64,000 nt of DNA, taken from positions 3,808,001 to 3,872,000 of the forward strand of contig CAWAIF010000003.1 in the NCBI GenBank assembly GCA_963782055.1, read 5' to 3'. Position numbers and translations under genes: made by a program. This DNA is from an uncultured delta proteobacterium. Lineage in GTDB: Bacteria > Myxococcota_A > Polyangia > Polyangiales > Polyangiaceae. This document shows positions 1-9,400 of this stretch, in pieces; within the stretch, counting starts at the first letter, position 1; every line of letters begins with the position of its first letter. Below the pieces are notes generated by a model. It did not search any database. It worked only from the letters and a program-made list of their open reading frames with translations, and was not told the origin of the DNA.

Positions 1-1048
1 AGTCGTCGGCGCGGTCCAGCGTGGCCTGCGTGAAGGGCACCGAGGCGGGCGCGAAGACGCGGAAGGAGGACTCGAACGCGACGATGTTGAAGCGGTCGCC
101 CTCGCGGAGCTGGCGCAGGCAGAGGCGCAGCGCGGAGCGAGCCTGCTCGAGGGACGCGCCCTGCATGGACCCGGAGACGTCGACGAGGAAGACCACGTCG
201 GTGCGCGCCTCCCGGCGGGCGTGATCGAAGAGGTCGGGCACCACCGTCACCGCGACGTAGCCGTCCTCCCCCTCGCGGTGGGCGGCGACTGTGGTGAGCG
301 GGCCGGCCGCGGCGCTGCGCACGGTGAGCACCACGTCGCGGTCCAGCGCGACCTCGCGCTCCGCGAAGCGCACGCGCACGCCGCCCTCTTCCGGCGTGGC
401 GGTCACGCGATGCGAGGGGCTCTCCACCACGGCGTCGGGGCGCGCGGCGAAGAAGACGTCCAGCGCGAGGCCGTAGCTCACCGCGGCGATGGGCGGCGAG
501 ATGCGATCGGCGTCGGGGACCGCGGCGGTGGGCTCGTGGGTGCCGTGCGCCGTCCGCTCGCCTCGCGCGCCGCCCGGGATGTAGCGCGGCGCGACCAGCG
601 TGGGGATCGTCCAGCGGAGGCTGCCCTCGTCCGCCTGCACGCGCTGCACGTACTCCACCTCCACCAGCGTCTCCTCGCCGGGGAGGAGGTTGCCGACGGT
701 GGCGGTGAAGACGTTGGCGCGCTCCTGATCCAGGAGGGCGGCGCCATGGCCGGCGTTGACGGCGTCGTCGTAGGCGTAAAATGCCTCGTCGCGCTCCTTG
801 ACCTCTGCCTCCATGCGGCGGCCGGCGCACTCCATCACGAAGCCGGTGACGGTGGCGTCGGAGGGGAGCGGGAAGGTGTAGATGGCCTCGACGGGCACCG
901 ACTCGGCGTTGCGGTAACGCTGGCGCACCACCGTGCGCGCGTGGGCGCCGATGACCTCGCCGGTCACGGCCACGCCGAGCAGAGGCACGGCGGTCCCCCT
1001 CACGGTGCGGAGTCCCCAGGGCGTGGCGGCGGGTTCGGTCGGGTTCAT
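1..1048 (-). CDS. VIT (vault inter-alpha-trypsin) + VWA domain protein, truncated by the window edge
   Basis: Manual translation from ATG 1048: MNPTEP...VRQRYRNAESVPVEAIYTFPLPSDA (VIT), then DVVFLVDVSGSMQG (VWA MIDAS DxSxS). ATGA overlap with the upstream MerR gene. Absent from the ORF track because it runs off the window. Confidence 0.9.
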   Translation of the reverse strand, partial: MNPTEPAATPWGLRTVRGTAVPLLGVAVTGEVIGAHARTVVRQRYRNAESVPVEAIYTFPLPSDATVTGFVMECAGRRMEAEVKERDEAFYAYDDAVNAGHGAALLDQERANVFTATVGNLLPGEETLVEVEYVQRVQADEGSLRWTIPTLVAPRYIPGGARGERTAHGTHEPTAAVPDADRISPPIAAVSYGLALDVFFAARPDAVVESPSHRVTATPEEGGVRVRFAEREVALDRDVVLTVRSAAAGPLTTVAAHREGEDGYVAVTVVPDLFDHARREARTDVVFLVDVSGSMQGASLEQARSALRLCLRQLREGDRFNIVAFESSFRVFAPASVPFTQATLDRADD

Positions 1049-1578
1049 CGTCGGTCTCCTCGGCAAGAGTGGGCGTGGGTAAGCAGCTTCTCCGCCAGCG
1101 CGCGGACGTCGTCGCTGGCTTCGAGCGAGAGGTGCAGCTCCAGACCGGGCGCGAGCTCCCACCGCGCGTAGCGGGCGGGGGGCGTCGGCCCGTAAGGAAG
1201 GACGGGGGAGGGCGACGGAGGCGACGGCGACGGCGCGGGCAAGGGCACGACGGCCGGCGAGGGCTCCGGCGAGCGGCCCGGGCCAGGCGGCAGCTCGCCA
1301 CCGGCGATGCGCTCGATCTCGGCGAGGGAACGCCCCGCGAGCGCGGCGGCGATGGCCTCCAGCGGGAAGTACGCCTCCTGCATCCGCTTGATGGCGCGCA
1401 GCCGGACCAGGTGCTCCTGCCCGTACGTCGTGTCCTTGCCGTGGAAGGCGGGCGCCGGGAGCAGCCCCCGCTGCACGTAGTACCGCACCGTCCGCGGCGA
1501 GACCTCCGCGGCCCGAGCAAGCTCCTCCAGCTTGAAGTGCGCCCCCCCGGCCGGCGTTCGGTACGCGTCTCGACTCAT
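1045..1578 (-). CDS. MerR-family HTH transcriptional regulator
   Basis: ELARAAEVSPRTVRYYVQRGLLPAP...Y...HLVRLRAIKRMQ is a MerR HTH; Pro-rich linker and short C-terminal domain. Confidence 0.9.
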   Translation of the reverse strand: MSRDAYRTPAGGAHFKLEELARAAEVSPRTVRYYVQRGLLPAPAFHGKDTTYGQEHLVRLRAIKRMQEAYFPLEAIAAALAGRSLAEIERIAGGELPPGPGRSPEPSPAVVPLPAPSPSPPSPSPVLPYGPTPPARYARWELAPGLELHLSLEASDDVRALAEKLLTHAHSCRGDRR

Positions 1579-1584
1579 GCCCTC

Positions 1585-1620
1585 ATCCTGGTTCTGAACA
1601 CTCCTGGTGTCAAGTAGACA
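1585..1620 (-). promoter_or_regulatory. Sigma70-like promoter for merR-VIT with a palindrome over the -35 box
   Basis: Minus strand TTGACA (1608-1613), 17-nt spacer, CAGGAT (1585-1590), 6 nt, then ATG. Imperfect palindrome TGTCAA-G-TAGACA at 1608-1620. Confidence 0.6.
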
Positions 1621-1721
1621 TCTTGCCGGGGGGGGCCGAATTTCCCCCTACCCCTTCTCTCTGCCTTCCCCTCCCCCCTCTTCTTTGCCGCACCCCCCCG
1701 CCCGGTGTTACGTACGGGCCC

Positions 1722-2150
1722 ATGCGGCGCGCCGGTCCGATCGCAGCGTGGGTGGGGGTGGCCGGCCTCCTCGCCGCCGTCCTCTGCACCAGCGGTGGCT
1801 GCGGCGACAAGGCGGTGGGCGTGGACGCCTGCCGCAAGATCGAGTTCGCCCGTTGCCGCTTCGTGGTCGCGTGCAACATAGGCGTCGGCACGCGCCGCAG
1901 CGACTCCACCAGCCCGGTCGACGACTGCGATCGCTACTACGACGACGCGTGCCTGCACGGCTTCGCGTCGGGGAGCGATCCGGGCGACGCCGTCACGCAG
2001 AAGTGCGTCGACGCCATCAACGCGGCGAAGGACTGCACCATCATCGTGAACCCGGAGACCGCGCCGGAGTGTGCCTTCCTCGTCCCCGAGGCGGGCGTCG
2101 CCGAGGCGAGCGACACCACCGAAGCCGGCGACGACGCCGCCGCGGAGTGA
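1722..2150 (+). CDS. Cys-rich secreted lipoprotein, hypothetical
   Basis: Signal peptide ending TSGGC; about 8 further Cys; acidic tail. Start chosen at ATG 1722. Confidence 0.7.
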   Translation: MRRAGPIAAWVGVAGLLAAVLCTSGGCGDKAVGVDACRKIEFARCRFVVACNIGVGTRRSDSTSPVDDCDRYYDDACLHGFASGSDPGDAVTQKCVDAINAAKDCTIIVNPETAPECAFLVPEAGVAEASDTTEAGDDAAAE

Positions 2151-2157
2151 CGCCGCT

Positions 2158-3339
2158 TCAGGTGTCGCCGGGGCGCTCGACCTCCGGATCCGCGTCCTCG
2201 ACGATGGCCTCCAGCGGCACGGGCACGCGGGTGGCCTGCACGTAGCCGTCCAGCTCCACGCGCCAGAAGGACGGGCCGTCCCCGCTCCGGCAGCCCAGGG
2301 TGAGCGACGGCGCGGCGAGCAGCCGGAAGCCCACGCCCGCCGGCTGCCGCTCCTCGCTGATGTGGCGGTGCCCGTGCAGCACGAGGGTCACGCCCGCCGC
2401 GTCGAAGGCCTCCGCCGCCCCGCGCGCGTCGTCCAGGCGCATGCCGATCTCGGTCGGGGCGCGCTTGCCGACGCCGTGCGGGAGGCGGACGACGTGGTGG
2501 TGGAGCATCACCAGCCGGTGGCGCGACGCCTTCCATTCGGCGCGCTTCGCCACCTCGCCGAGGAAGGCGAGCTGCTCCGGGCCCACCGCGCCGTTGTGCC
2601 GGAAGAAGCGGCGCTGCGGACGGGTGCAGGTGTCGATCCCGACGACCGCCATCGACGCCTCCGGAAGGAAGCGCACCCAGGCACCGCTCGCGTCGAGGTC
2701 GAGGCCGAGCCTGCCGGCGAACGCGCGCCACGCCGCCGTCTTCGACGCGTAGGTGGGGCGCGGGCGGGAGCTGCCGGGGATGGGGAAGAGGTAGCGGTCG
2801 TGGTTGCCGGGCACCGCGAAGAGGCGGCCGCGCGCGGCGAAGCGCTCGAAGGCGGCGTAGACCAGCTCGTAGCCGTCGCCGTCGTCGGTGAGGTCGCCGG
2901 TGATCAGCACCGCGTCCACGCCGCTCTGCTCGACGACGCGCGCGGCGCGCAGCAGCCGCACGTTGGAGTTCTTGGGGGTCGCCTCGGCGAGCACCGCGAG
3001 CGCCCCGTCGCTGGGCGGGTCGGCGGCGAGCGTCTTCGCGCGGCGCGCCTCCTGGTGGCAGGCCTGCGCCGCCGCGCGCTCCACGGGGTCGAGCAGGCCG
3101 CGAATGGCGCGCTTGGACGGCGGCGGGTGCGCGTACCCCTCCGCGTCGACGATCACCAGCTTGCGGCCCTGCCGCGCGCGCAGCACCCGCCAGCCCGCCT
3201 CCGCCCAGAGCTCCTCCCAGCGGGAGGGATCGGTGTCGGCGACGTTCGCGCTCCGCTTCACCAGGTTGGCGCGGTCGTGGAAGGTGTCACCGAAGGTGGA
3301 GACGTGCAGGTCGGAGACGTGCGCGAACGCGAAGGGCAC
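2158..3339 (-). CDS. Calcineurin-like metallophosphoesterase (CpdA/Icc-like) with a large insertion
   Basis: Motifs SDLH, TGDLTD, PGNHD, LHHH and HGHRH. Confidence 0.9.
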   Translation of the reverse strand: MPFAFAHVSDLHVSTFGDTFHDRANLVKRSANVADTDPSRWEELWAEAGWRVLRARQGRKLVIVDAEGYAHPPPSKRAIRGLLDPVERAAAQACHQEARRAKTLAADPPSDGALAVLAEATPKNSNVRLLRAARVVEQSGVDAVLITGDLTDDGDGYELVYAAFERFAARGRLFAVPGNHDRYLFPIPGSSRPRPTYASKTAAWRAFAGRLGLDLDASGAWVRFLPEASMAVVGIDTCTRPQRRFFRHNGAVGPEQLAFLGEVAKRAEWKASRHRLVMLHHHVVRLPHGVGKRAPTEIGMRLDDARGAAEAFDAAGVTLVLHGHRHISEERQPAGVGFRLLAAPSLTLGCRSGDGPSFWRVELDGYVQATRVPVPLEAIVEDADPEVERPGDT

Positions 3340-3340
3340 G

Positions 3341-3811
3341 CTACATGCCCGCGAGGATCTTGTAGCTGTCGCCGTCGGGGAGGAGGTCGAGGCGGTTGTC
3401 CGACACGGTGTGGTGCCACTCGTTGCCGCCGCCGAGCTTGGGCACGCGGTAGCTCGCCGAGTACTTGTAGTCTACATAGATGTGCGAGTTCTCGGCGAAG
3501 GTGACCTTCTCGTACTTGATCTCGTAACGGATCTCCGTCGTCTTCAGCAGCTCGTCGGTGAGCACGGACTTGAGGGAGTCGTAGTCGGTGTCGTCGTCGC
3601 CGATGGGGGTGCCGTGATCGTCGTGGTAGTGGGGGCTCGCCATGGCGAGCAGCTTGCCGACGTTCTTGTCCTCCATCGCGTGGCGGTAGGCCTCGCAGAA
3701 CTGGACGACCTTGCGGTTCTCGCTGGTGTCCTCGACGTTGGTGTTGGGGATGTAGATGGTGGCGCACCCCGCCAGCACACTCACCACCAGAGCCAACCAG
3801 ACCTTGCCCAT
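3341..3811 (-). CDS. Lipoprotein, probable NTF2-like fold
   Basis: GAGGAG RBS, lipobox LAGC, and YRHAMEDKNVGKLLAMASPHY followed by a beta-rich C-terminus typical of SnoaL/NTF2-like proteins. Confidence 0.65.
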   Translation of the reverse strand: MGKVWLALVVSVLAGCATIYIPNTNVEDTSENRKVVQFCEAYRHAMEDKNVGKLLAMASPHYHDDHGTPIGDDDTDYDSLKSVLTDELLKTTEIRYEIKYEKVTFAENSHIYVDYKYSASYRVPKLGGGNEWHHTVSDNRLDLLPDGDSYKILAGM

Positions 3812-4105
3812 GCGCTCCTCGAACCAACGTGAGCCGCGGCCAGACATTCCGCGGGAGACGGGAAATAAGTAGCTTTCGCGCGGCGGGGGGTCAACTTCAG
3901 CGCCTGCGCGCGCGGGCGATTGCCAGGTTGATCCGTCGCGCGCGCCCAGGCGACGTTTTGGCACGCGGCGGTGCGCGGGCGCGGCGCGATCGCGCCCCTT
4001 CCGTGGCGCGTGCGGCGGCGCTGCCATTCTGTCGCGCGAGGCCGGCCTGCGGCCGGACCTCAGGATACGTGCCCTTCGGGCTGTCGGCCGGCCTGCGGCC
4101 GGACC

Positions 4106-6016
4106 TCAGGATCGTGCGCGGAGCACCACGCGGGCGCGGCTGCCGGAGGGCGACACGCTCTCCAGACTCGTCGCGCCTTCCTGCAGCGGGAGCAGGGCCT
4201 CGTGCCCCGGCCGGACGCCGGTCGCCGGCGCCCCACCCACCGCCACCTCTGCCGCGAGGACCTCCGCGCCGCCCGCGGGAGAGGACGTCACCAGCACGGC
4301 CACGGCGCCGGAGCGTGGCACGGGCCAGCCGAGGGCCGAGGCGACCGCGCGCGCGGCGACGCCCGGCGCGTCCACGGCCACCGCGACCACGCGCTCGGCG
4401 TCGCCGGCGCGTACCAGATCGCAGGCGACGACCAGCGCCTCCAGCCCGCCGTGCAGCCCGCCGCCGACGGCGAGGTTGGGTCCGGTGAGCCCGAAGGCGA
4501 CGCTGCACTCCCCCGCCACACCGTTGGGCGAGGTGTACGGGAAGCGGCGCGGCTCGGCGAGGCGCGCGCCGCGCTCCAGGATGCGGCGCTCGTACTGCTC
4601 GTTGACGTCGAGCGTCGCGTACGCGTGCCCGACGACGATCCCGGCGCCGGCGATGGCCTCGGCGCCCAGCGCGGCACCGAGCGCGCCCACCGCGGCGAGC
4701 GCGAGGTGCGAGAGGTCGTCGGCGCGGGCGAGCCGGTCGGCGCGCTGGCCCGTCACCGCGGCGAGGCGCTCCAGGCCGACGGGGCCGGCGATCACCGCGG
4801 GGGCCGAGACGTACGCGGGGCGCGCGGCGGGAGGTGCGGCGTGCGGAGGGTCGAGGCGCAGCAGCAGCGACGCGTTGGCGCCGCCGAACGCCGCGGACAG
4901 CTTGAGCACGGTGCGCGCGGAGGTGGGCTCGGCGCGGGCGAGCAGGCGCGCCGGCGCCTCCGGGTCCGGCTCGCCGGAGACCGCCGCAGCGGGGAGCACG
5001 CCCCGGCGCAGCGCGCCCAGCGCGGCGAGCGACTCCAGCGCACCGGCGGCGCCCAGGGTGTGACCGATCTGCGCCTTGAAGGGGTGCACCGCGACGTCGC
5101 GTGCGCGCTCGCCGAGCGCGCGGATCATCGCCTTCCACTCGGCGGCGTCGTTGAAGGGGGTCGCCGTCGCGTGCGCGCTGACCAGGCCCACCTCCTCCGG
5201 CGCCGCGCCGGAGAGCGCCGCCAGCGCCGCGCGGCCCAGGCCGTCGCCGGTGCGGTCGGGCGCCGTCACGTGCACCGCGTCGCCCGTGGCGCCGAACCCG
5301 GCGACGTAGCCGAAGGCGCGCGACGGCGCGTCCTCGGGCCGCACGAGCGCCATCACCGCCGCGCCCTCGCCGAGCGCCATGCCGTCGCGTCCGGCGCGGA
5401 AGGGGCGCGAGGGCAGCTGGGTGGTGGTGGCGCGCAGCACCTCGAAGCCGGACGCCACGAACACGCTCACGGCGTCGAAGCCGCCGGCGAGCACCACGTC
5501 GCACGCGCCCCGCTCGAGCCACCCCAGGCCGAGCCCGAGGGCGATGGTGGACGCCGCGCACGCGGTGAGCACCAGGGTGCTCGGGCTCGCCGCCAGGTGG
5601 AGGTCGGCGAGCACCGCCTCCACCGGCGCGAAGTAGGTCGCGGCGCGCGCCTCCTCCGGCGTCACCGGGCGACCTTCGTGGAGGGCGCGGAAGACCTTCT
5701 CGGCGCCGCGCATACCTCCGCTGGAGGTGGCGAGGGCCAGGCCGACGCGCCGGCCGCGCGCGCCGGGGATCGCCCGGTCCAGATCGGCCAGGGCGTCCTC
5801 GAGGGCGACGCGGAGGAGCTGCGCGGCCCGATCGCTCTCGTCGTCGAGACCTCCGACGCGCGCGCAGAAGGGGCGCGTCAGCCCCGCCTCCGACAGCTCG
5901 GCGTCCACCGCCGTCGCGATGCGCGCCGCGTCCCCCACCCCGCCGGTGTGGAAGGCGGCCTCCCCGCGCCCCAGCGAGGAGATCGCGCCGAACCCGACGA
6001 TCGCCGCGCTCCTCAC
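4106..6016 (-). CDS. Beta-ketoacyl-ACP synthase fused to a C-terminal inactive KS/CLF-like domain
   Basis: Catalytic triad motifs VLTACAAS, SAHATAT and KAQIGHTLG. Second domain PRRFPYTSPNGVAGECS lacks the triad. GTG start overlaps the upstream TGA. Confidence 0.88.
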   Translation of the reverse strand: MRSAAIVGFGAISSLGRGEAAFHTGGVGDAARIATAVDAELSEAGLTRPFCARVGGLDDESDRAAQLLRVALEDALADLDRAIPGARGRRVGLALATSSGGMRGAEKVFRALHEGRPVTPEEARAATYFAPVEAVLADLHLAASPSTLVLTACAASTIALGLGLGWLERGACDVVLAGGFDAVSVFVASGFEVLRATTTQLPSRPFRAGRDGMALGEGAAVMALVRPEDAPSRAFGYVAGFGATGDAVHVTAPDRTGDGLGRAALAALSGAAPEEVGLVSAHATATPFNDAAEWKAMIRALGERARDVAVHPFKAQIGHTLGAAGALESLAALGALRRGVLPAAAVSGEPDPEAPARLLARAEPTSARTVLKLSAAFGGANASLLLRLDPPHAAPPAARPAYVSAPAVIAGPVGLERLAAVTGQRADRLARADDLSHLALAAVGALGAALGAEAIAGAGIVVGHAYATLDVNEQYERRILERGARLAEPRRFPYTSPNGVAGECSVAFGLTGPNLAVGGGLHGGLEALVVACDLVRAGDAERVVAVAVDAPGVAARAVASALGWPVPRSGAVAVLVTSSPAGGAEVLAAEVAVGGAPATGVRPGHEALLPLQEGATSLESVSPSGSRARVVLRARS

Positions 6017-6723
6017 GGCACGCCCCCGGGCGCGTCGGGGTCGACGAAGGCCTCCGGCGTGGCCGGCTGGCTCGACACCGACTCCACCACCACGTCCACC
6101 GTGAGCCTCCCGCCCAGCGCGGTGTAGCGCGCGCGGTCTCCCGGCGCCGGCCGCGATCCGGCGCCGCTCCACTCCAGCGTCTCCATCGATCCCCCTTCCC
6201 TTCGCGCCGCCCGCAGCGCGCGTCGTCCCGGCGCGGAGCGGTCCTCCACCTCCACCGTCGCGCGACCGGAGCGCAGCACCAGCGCGTCGCCGTCGAGGGT
6301 GAGCAGCCGCCCGTCCAGCGGCGCGAGGAACCACCATCGGAAGAAGCCAATCGGCATCCCGGGCGGCGCCGACGTGCCGCGCTTCTTCAGACCCACGGCG
6401 GGCACCACCATCCGCCACGCGGCGGGCGTGACCCACACGTCCAGCGCGGTGGTCCCGCCGGGGCCGAGCAGGATCATGCGCATCGCGCGGTGCGGCTCCA
6501 CCGCCACCGCGCCGCGCCCGTCGAACACCTTGCCGGTGGCCGGCTCGCGCAGGGTCACCTGCACCTGCTCGACGTACCCGCGCTCGGGCAGCGCCGCGCG
6601 CAGCGCGCGCAGGCGTGCCCGCGCCGCGTCCCAGCGCGGCTGCGTCACCAAATCCCGCGCCGGCGCGGCGGCCACCGCGCAGGACACGAGCAGCAGCGAC
6701 AGGGCCACCACCGGTCCCCTCAC
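6013..6723 (-). CDS. Lipoprotein, possibly LolB/LolA-like lipid-binding fold
   Basis: Lipobox LVSC; GAVAVEPHRAMRMILLGPGGTTALDV resembles LolB/DUF4292-like proteins; coupled by GTGA overlaps on both sides. Confidence 0.55.
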   Translation of the reverse strand: MRGPVVALSLLLVSCAVAAAPARDLVTQPRWDAARARLRALRAALPERGYVEQVQVTLREPATGKVFDGRGAVAVEPHRAMRMILLGPGGTTALDVWVTPAAWRMVVPAVGLKKRGTSAPPGMPIGFFRWWFLAPLDGRLLTLDGDALVLRSGRATVEVEDRSAPGRRALRAARREGGSMETLEWSGAGSRPAPGDRARYTALGGRLTVDVVVESVSSQPATPEAFVDPDAPGGVP

Positions 6724-8894
6724 ACGGCCCTCAGGTCCAGGGCGTAGAACCGGCCCGGGCGCGCGCCGACCGCGAGCGCCGACGACGCCCGGCCGGCCAC
6801 CACGAGCTGAGCGGCGACGCCGACCGCCACCGCGCCGACCGCCTCGTTGTCGCCGGTGGCGACGTCGCACGGCACGACGGTGGCGCCCTCCCACGGCGTG
6901 CCGGCAATCCATCGCCGCACCACGGCCGCGTCCGCAGCGCCGACCACCACAGCCTCCCCTGCCGGCGCGTCGAGCCCTGCGGCGCGCGCGTCGCGGCCGA
7001 CGGCGATCCGCGCGACGCGCGCCAGCGGCCTGGCGCCGCGATCACGCGCGACCTCCTCCGCCTCCAGCACCACCGCCGCGCAGCACTCGCCGCGCGGCGC
7101 GCGCGTGACGCCCTCGTCGAAGAGCTTGAAGAAGACCTCGTCGATGAGGCGGCTGCGCACAGACAGCGCGCCGGCGACCATCACCTCGGCGTCGCCGGCG
7201 GCGATGAGCTCGCAGGCCGACGCGATGGCGCTCTCGCCACTGGCGCGGAGGTCGGCGGTGGCGAGTGTCGGCCCGAGCAGCCCCAGGTAGATGGACGCGT
7301 GGCCGACCGGCGAGCTGGGCACCAGGTTGGGGAAGTCGAAGGGGCTGGCGAGGCGGGGCCCCTTCTCGAAGAGGCGGTGAACGAAGGCGGCCGACTCGTC
7401 CACCGCAGAGAAGGCGCTGCCGTAGACGACGCCGCAGCGCTCGCGCGGGAGGCTCTCCGCGCCCGCCTCGGCGAGCGCGGCCTGCGTTGCGCAGACGGTG
7501 AGGCGCGCCGAGCGATCCAGGCGGCGAGCCTTGGCCGGGTCCAGCGCGAGCGCCTCGTCGGGCACCGGCCCCGACGCCGGCGCCGCCTCGGGCGCCACGC
7601 GGAGCGCGCCGCCGGACTCGACGCCGCGCGAGGTGAGCGCGGCGGTGCCGGTCACCACGACGCGCCGCACCGCGCGCGCGGGCTCCGGCGCGAGCTCCGG
7701 CTCGGTGAGCACCACTGCGCTGTCCATCCCGCCGAAGCCGAAGCTGTTGCTGAGCACGGCGCGCACGCGATCCATGCGCACCGACTCGGGCACGTGGCGT
7801 ACGGCGCAGTCGGGGTCGGGCTCCAGCAGGCCCACCGTGGGAAGGAGCGTCCTCTCGGCCACGACCAGGGCCGAGAGCACGCACTCGATCGCGCCGGCCG
7901 CCCCCAGCGTGTGGCCGAGCTGCGCCTTGGAGCTGGAGACGAAGACGCGATCGCTCTCCGGCCCGAGCACGCTGCGTATGGCGCGCGACTCGGTCCGGTC
8001 GTTGAGTGGCGTGCCCGTGCCGTGCGCGTTGACGTAGTCCAGGTCCGCGGCGTGCAGGCCGGCGCGACCCAGCGCCAGGCGCATCACGCGCGCGGCGCTC
8101 GCGCCCTCCGGCTCCGGGTTGGTGATGTGGTGGCCCTCCGAGCCGAGCGCCGCGCCGGCGATCTCGGCGATGGGTCGCGCGCCGCGGGCGCGCGCGCGGG
8201 GCGCACGCTCCAGCACGAGGAAGCCCGCGCCCTCCCCCAGGTTGAGGCCGCGGCGGTTTTTGTCGAAGGGGCGGCAGGGCTCGGGGTCGATGGCGCCGAG
8301 GGCGTTGAAGCCGCTCAGCGTGAGGCGGCAGAGACCGTCGGTGCCGCCGGCGACCACCGCGTCGAGGGACGGGTCCTCCAGCAGCCAGCTCATGGCGAGC
8401 ACCACGGCGGTGGCGCCGCTGGAGCACGCGCTGGCGACGCTGCGCACCCGGGCGAAGGGGCCGAGCGTCTCGCCCAGCACGTCCGCGGTGGAGCTCACCG
8501 GGTGCGAGCGCAGCGCGTCGTCGAGGGCGAGGGGGCGCGCGCCAGCGAGCATCTCGGAGACGCGCACCTCGTTCTCGAACATGCCGGCGGTGGTGCCGCC
8601 GACGATGAGCCCCACGCGCGCCGACGCGGGGTCCACGGCCGCCTGCGCGAGGGCCTCCCGCGCCGCAGTCAAGGCGAACGCGCTCGCGCGCGACCACCCG
8701 TCGCCCTCCGGTACCGCGACGCCGCGGACGACCGCGCCGAGGGCGGCGCGCTGGCCCGTGGTGTCGAAGACATCGATGGCGGAGAGCCCCCGCTCCCCGG
8801 CGACGAGCCGGGCGAAGGTGCCGGGGGCGTCGTTACCCAGAGACGTGACGAGGCCGACGCCGGTGACCCAGACGCGCGCGCTCACGCCCTTCAC
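6720..8894 (-). CDS. Beta-ketoacyl-ACP synthase (FabF-like) fused to a C-terminal KS/CLF-like domain
   Basis: SVASACSSG, NAHGTGT, KAQLGHTLG and SNSFGFGG. The second domain begins RRVVVTG and has SPFDFPNLVPSSPVGHAS, with no catalytic Cys (RASGES). Confidence 0.92.
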   Translation of the reverse strand: MKGVSARVWVTGVGLVTSLGNDAPGTFARLVAGERGLSAIDVFDTTGQRAALGAVVRGVAVPEGDGWSRASAFALTAAREALAQAAVDPASARVGLIVGGTTAGMFENEVRVSEMLAGARPLALDDALRSHPVSSTADVLGETLGPFARVRSVASACSSGATAVVLAMSWLLEDPSLDAVVAGGTDGLCRLTLSGFNALGAIDPEPCRPFDKNRRGLNLGEGAGFLVLERAPRARARGARPIAEIAGAALGSEGHHITNPEPEGASAARVMRLALGRAGLHAADLDYVNAHGTGTPLNDRTESRAIRSVLGPESDRVFVSSSKAQLGHTLGAAGAIECVLSALVVAERTLLPTVGLLEPDPDCAVRHVPESVRMDRVRAVLSNSFGFGGMDSAVVLTEPELAPEPARAVRRVVVTGTAALTSRGVESGGALRVAPEAAPASGPVPDEALALDPAKARRLDRSARLTVCATQAALAEAGAESLPRERCGVVYGSAFSAVDESAAFVHRLFEKGPRLASPFDFPNLVPSSPVGHASIYLGLLGPTLATADLRASGESAIASACELIAAGDAEVMVAGALSVRSRLIDEVFFKLFDEGVTRAPRGECCAAVVLEAEEVARDRGARPLARVARIAVGRDARAAGLDAPAGEAVVVGAADAAVVRRWIAGTPWEGATVVPCDVATGDNEAVGAVAVGVAAQLVVAGRASSALAVGARPGRFYALDLRAV

Positions 8895-9154
8895 CCCGGC
8901 GCACGGTGCGTGGCGACGTGATCGGCCAGCGCCGCGACGGAGCGGAAGATGGGGCGCGCCTCGTCACCTTCCGGGATGCGCACGCCGAAGCGCTCCTCGA
9001 CGCTCATCGCGAGCTGGAGGGCGTCGAGCGAGTCGAGGCCGAGACCCTCGCCGAAGAGGGGTGCCTCGTCCTCGATGCTGGCGGGATCCCGCCCCTGGAG
9101 GTTGAGCTCCTTGACGATGAGCTCCTTGATTTCACGCCTGAGGTTCGAATCCAT
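8891..9154 (-). CDS. Acyl carrier protein (aryl-polyene/dialkylresorcinol-cluster type)
   Basis: APLFGEGLGLDSLDALQL with the phosphopantetheine Ser; 87 aa from ATG 9154. Confidence 0.93.
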   Translation of the reverse strand: MDSNLRREIKELIVKELNLQGRDPASIEDEAPLFGEGLGLDSLDALQLAMSVEERFGVRIPEGDEARPIFRSVAALADHVATHRAPG

Positions 9155-9400
9155 GCGACTTTTCTGCTTGCTCCCACCGTCGCGGCCCTGCCCCCGGCGC
9201 GATCCGAGGGACCATAGCGCACGTGCCCCGGGGCGCGAAGCGGGCTCGCTCACCGATGGACGTTGCGCTCATGTCCCGCATTCTACGGGGTTTGGGGGCC
9301 GGCGCCGCTTGCCCGGCCCGCCCGAGGCCGGCTATGACCGCTGACGGAAAGCATGGAAGGGGGCGAGGCGCCCCCGGCACGACACTTGGAAGGAATCGCC

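Noticed and set aside
3957..3975. Sigma54-like TTGGCACG...GTGC
   Set aside because: The -24/-12 spacing is off by one base and no plus-strand gene follows.
9374..9390. Sigma54-like CGGCACG-ACAC-TTGG before the enoyl-CoA hydratase
   Set aside because: It lacks the conserved GC at -12 and overlaps the likely RBS region; too weak to call.
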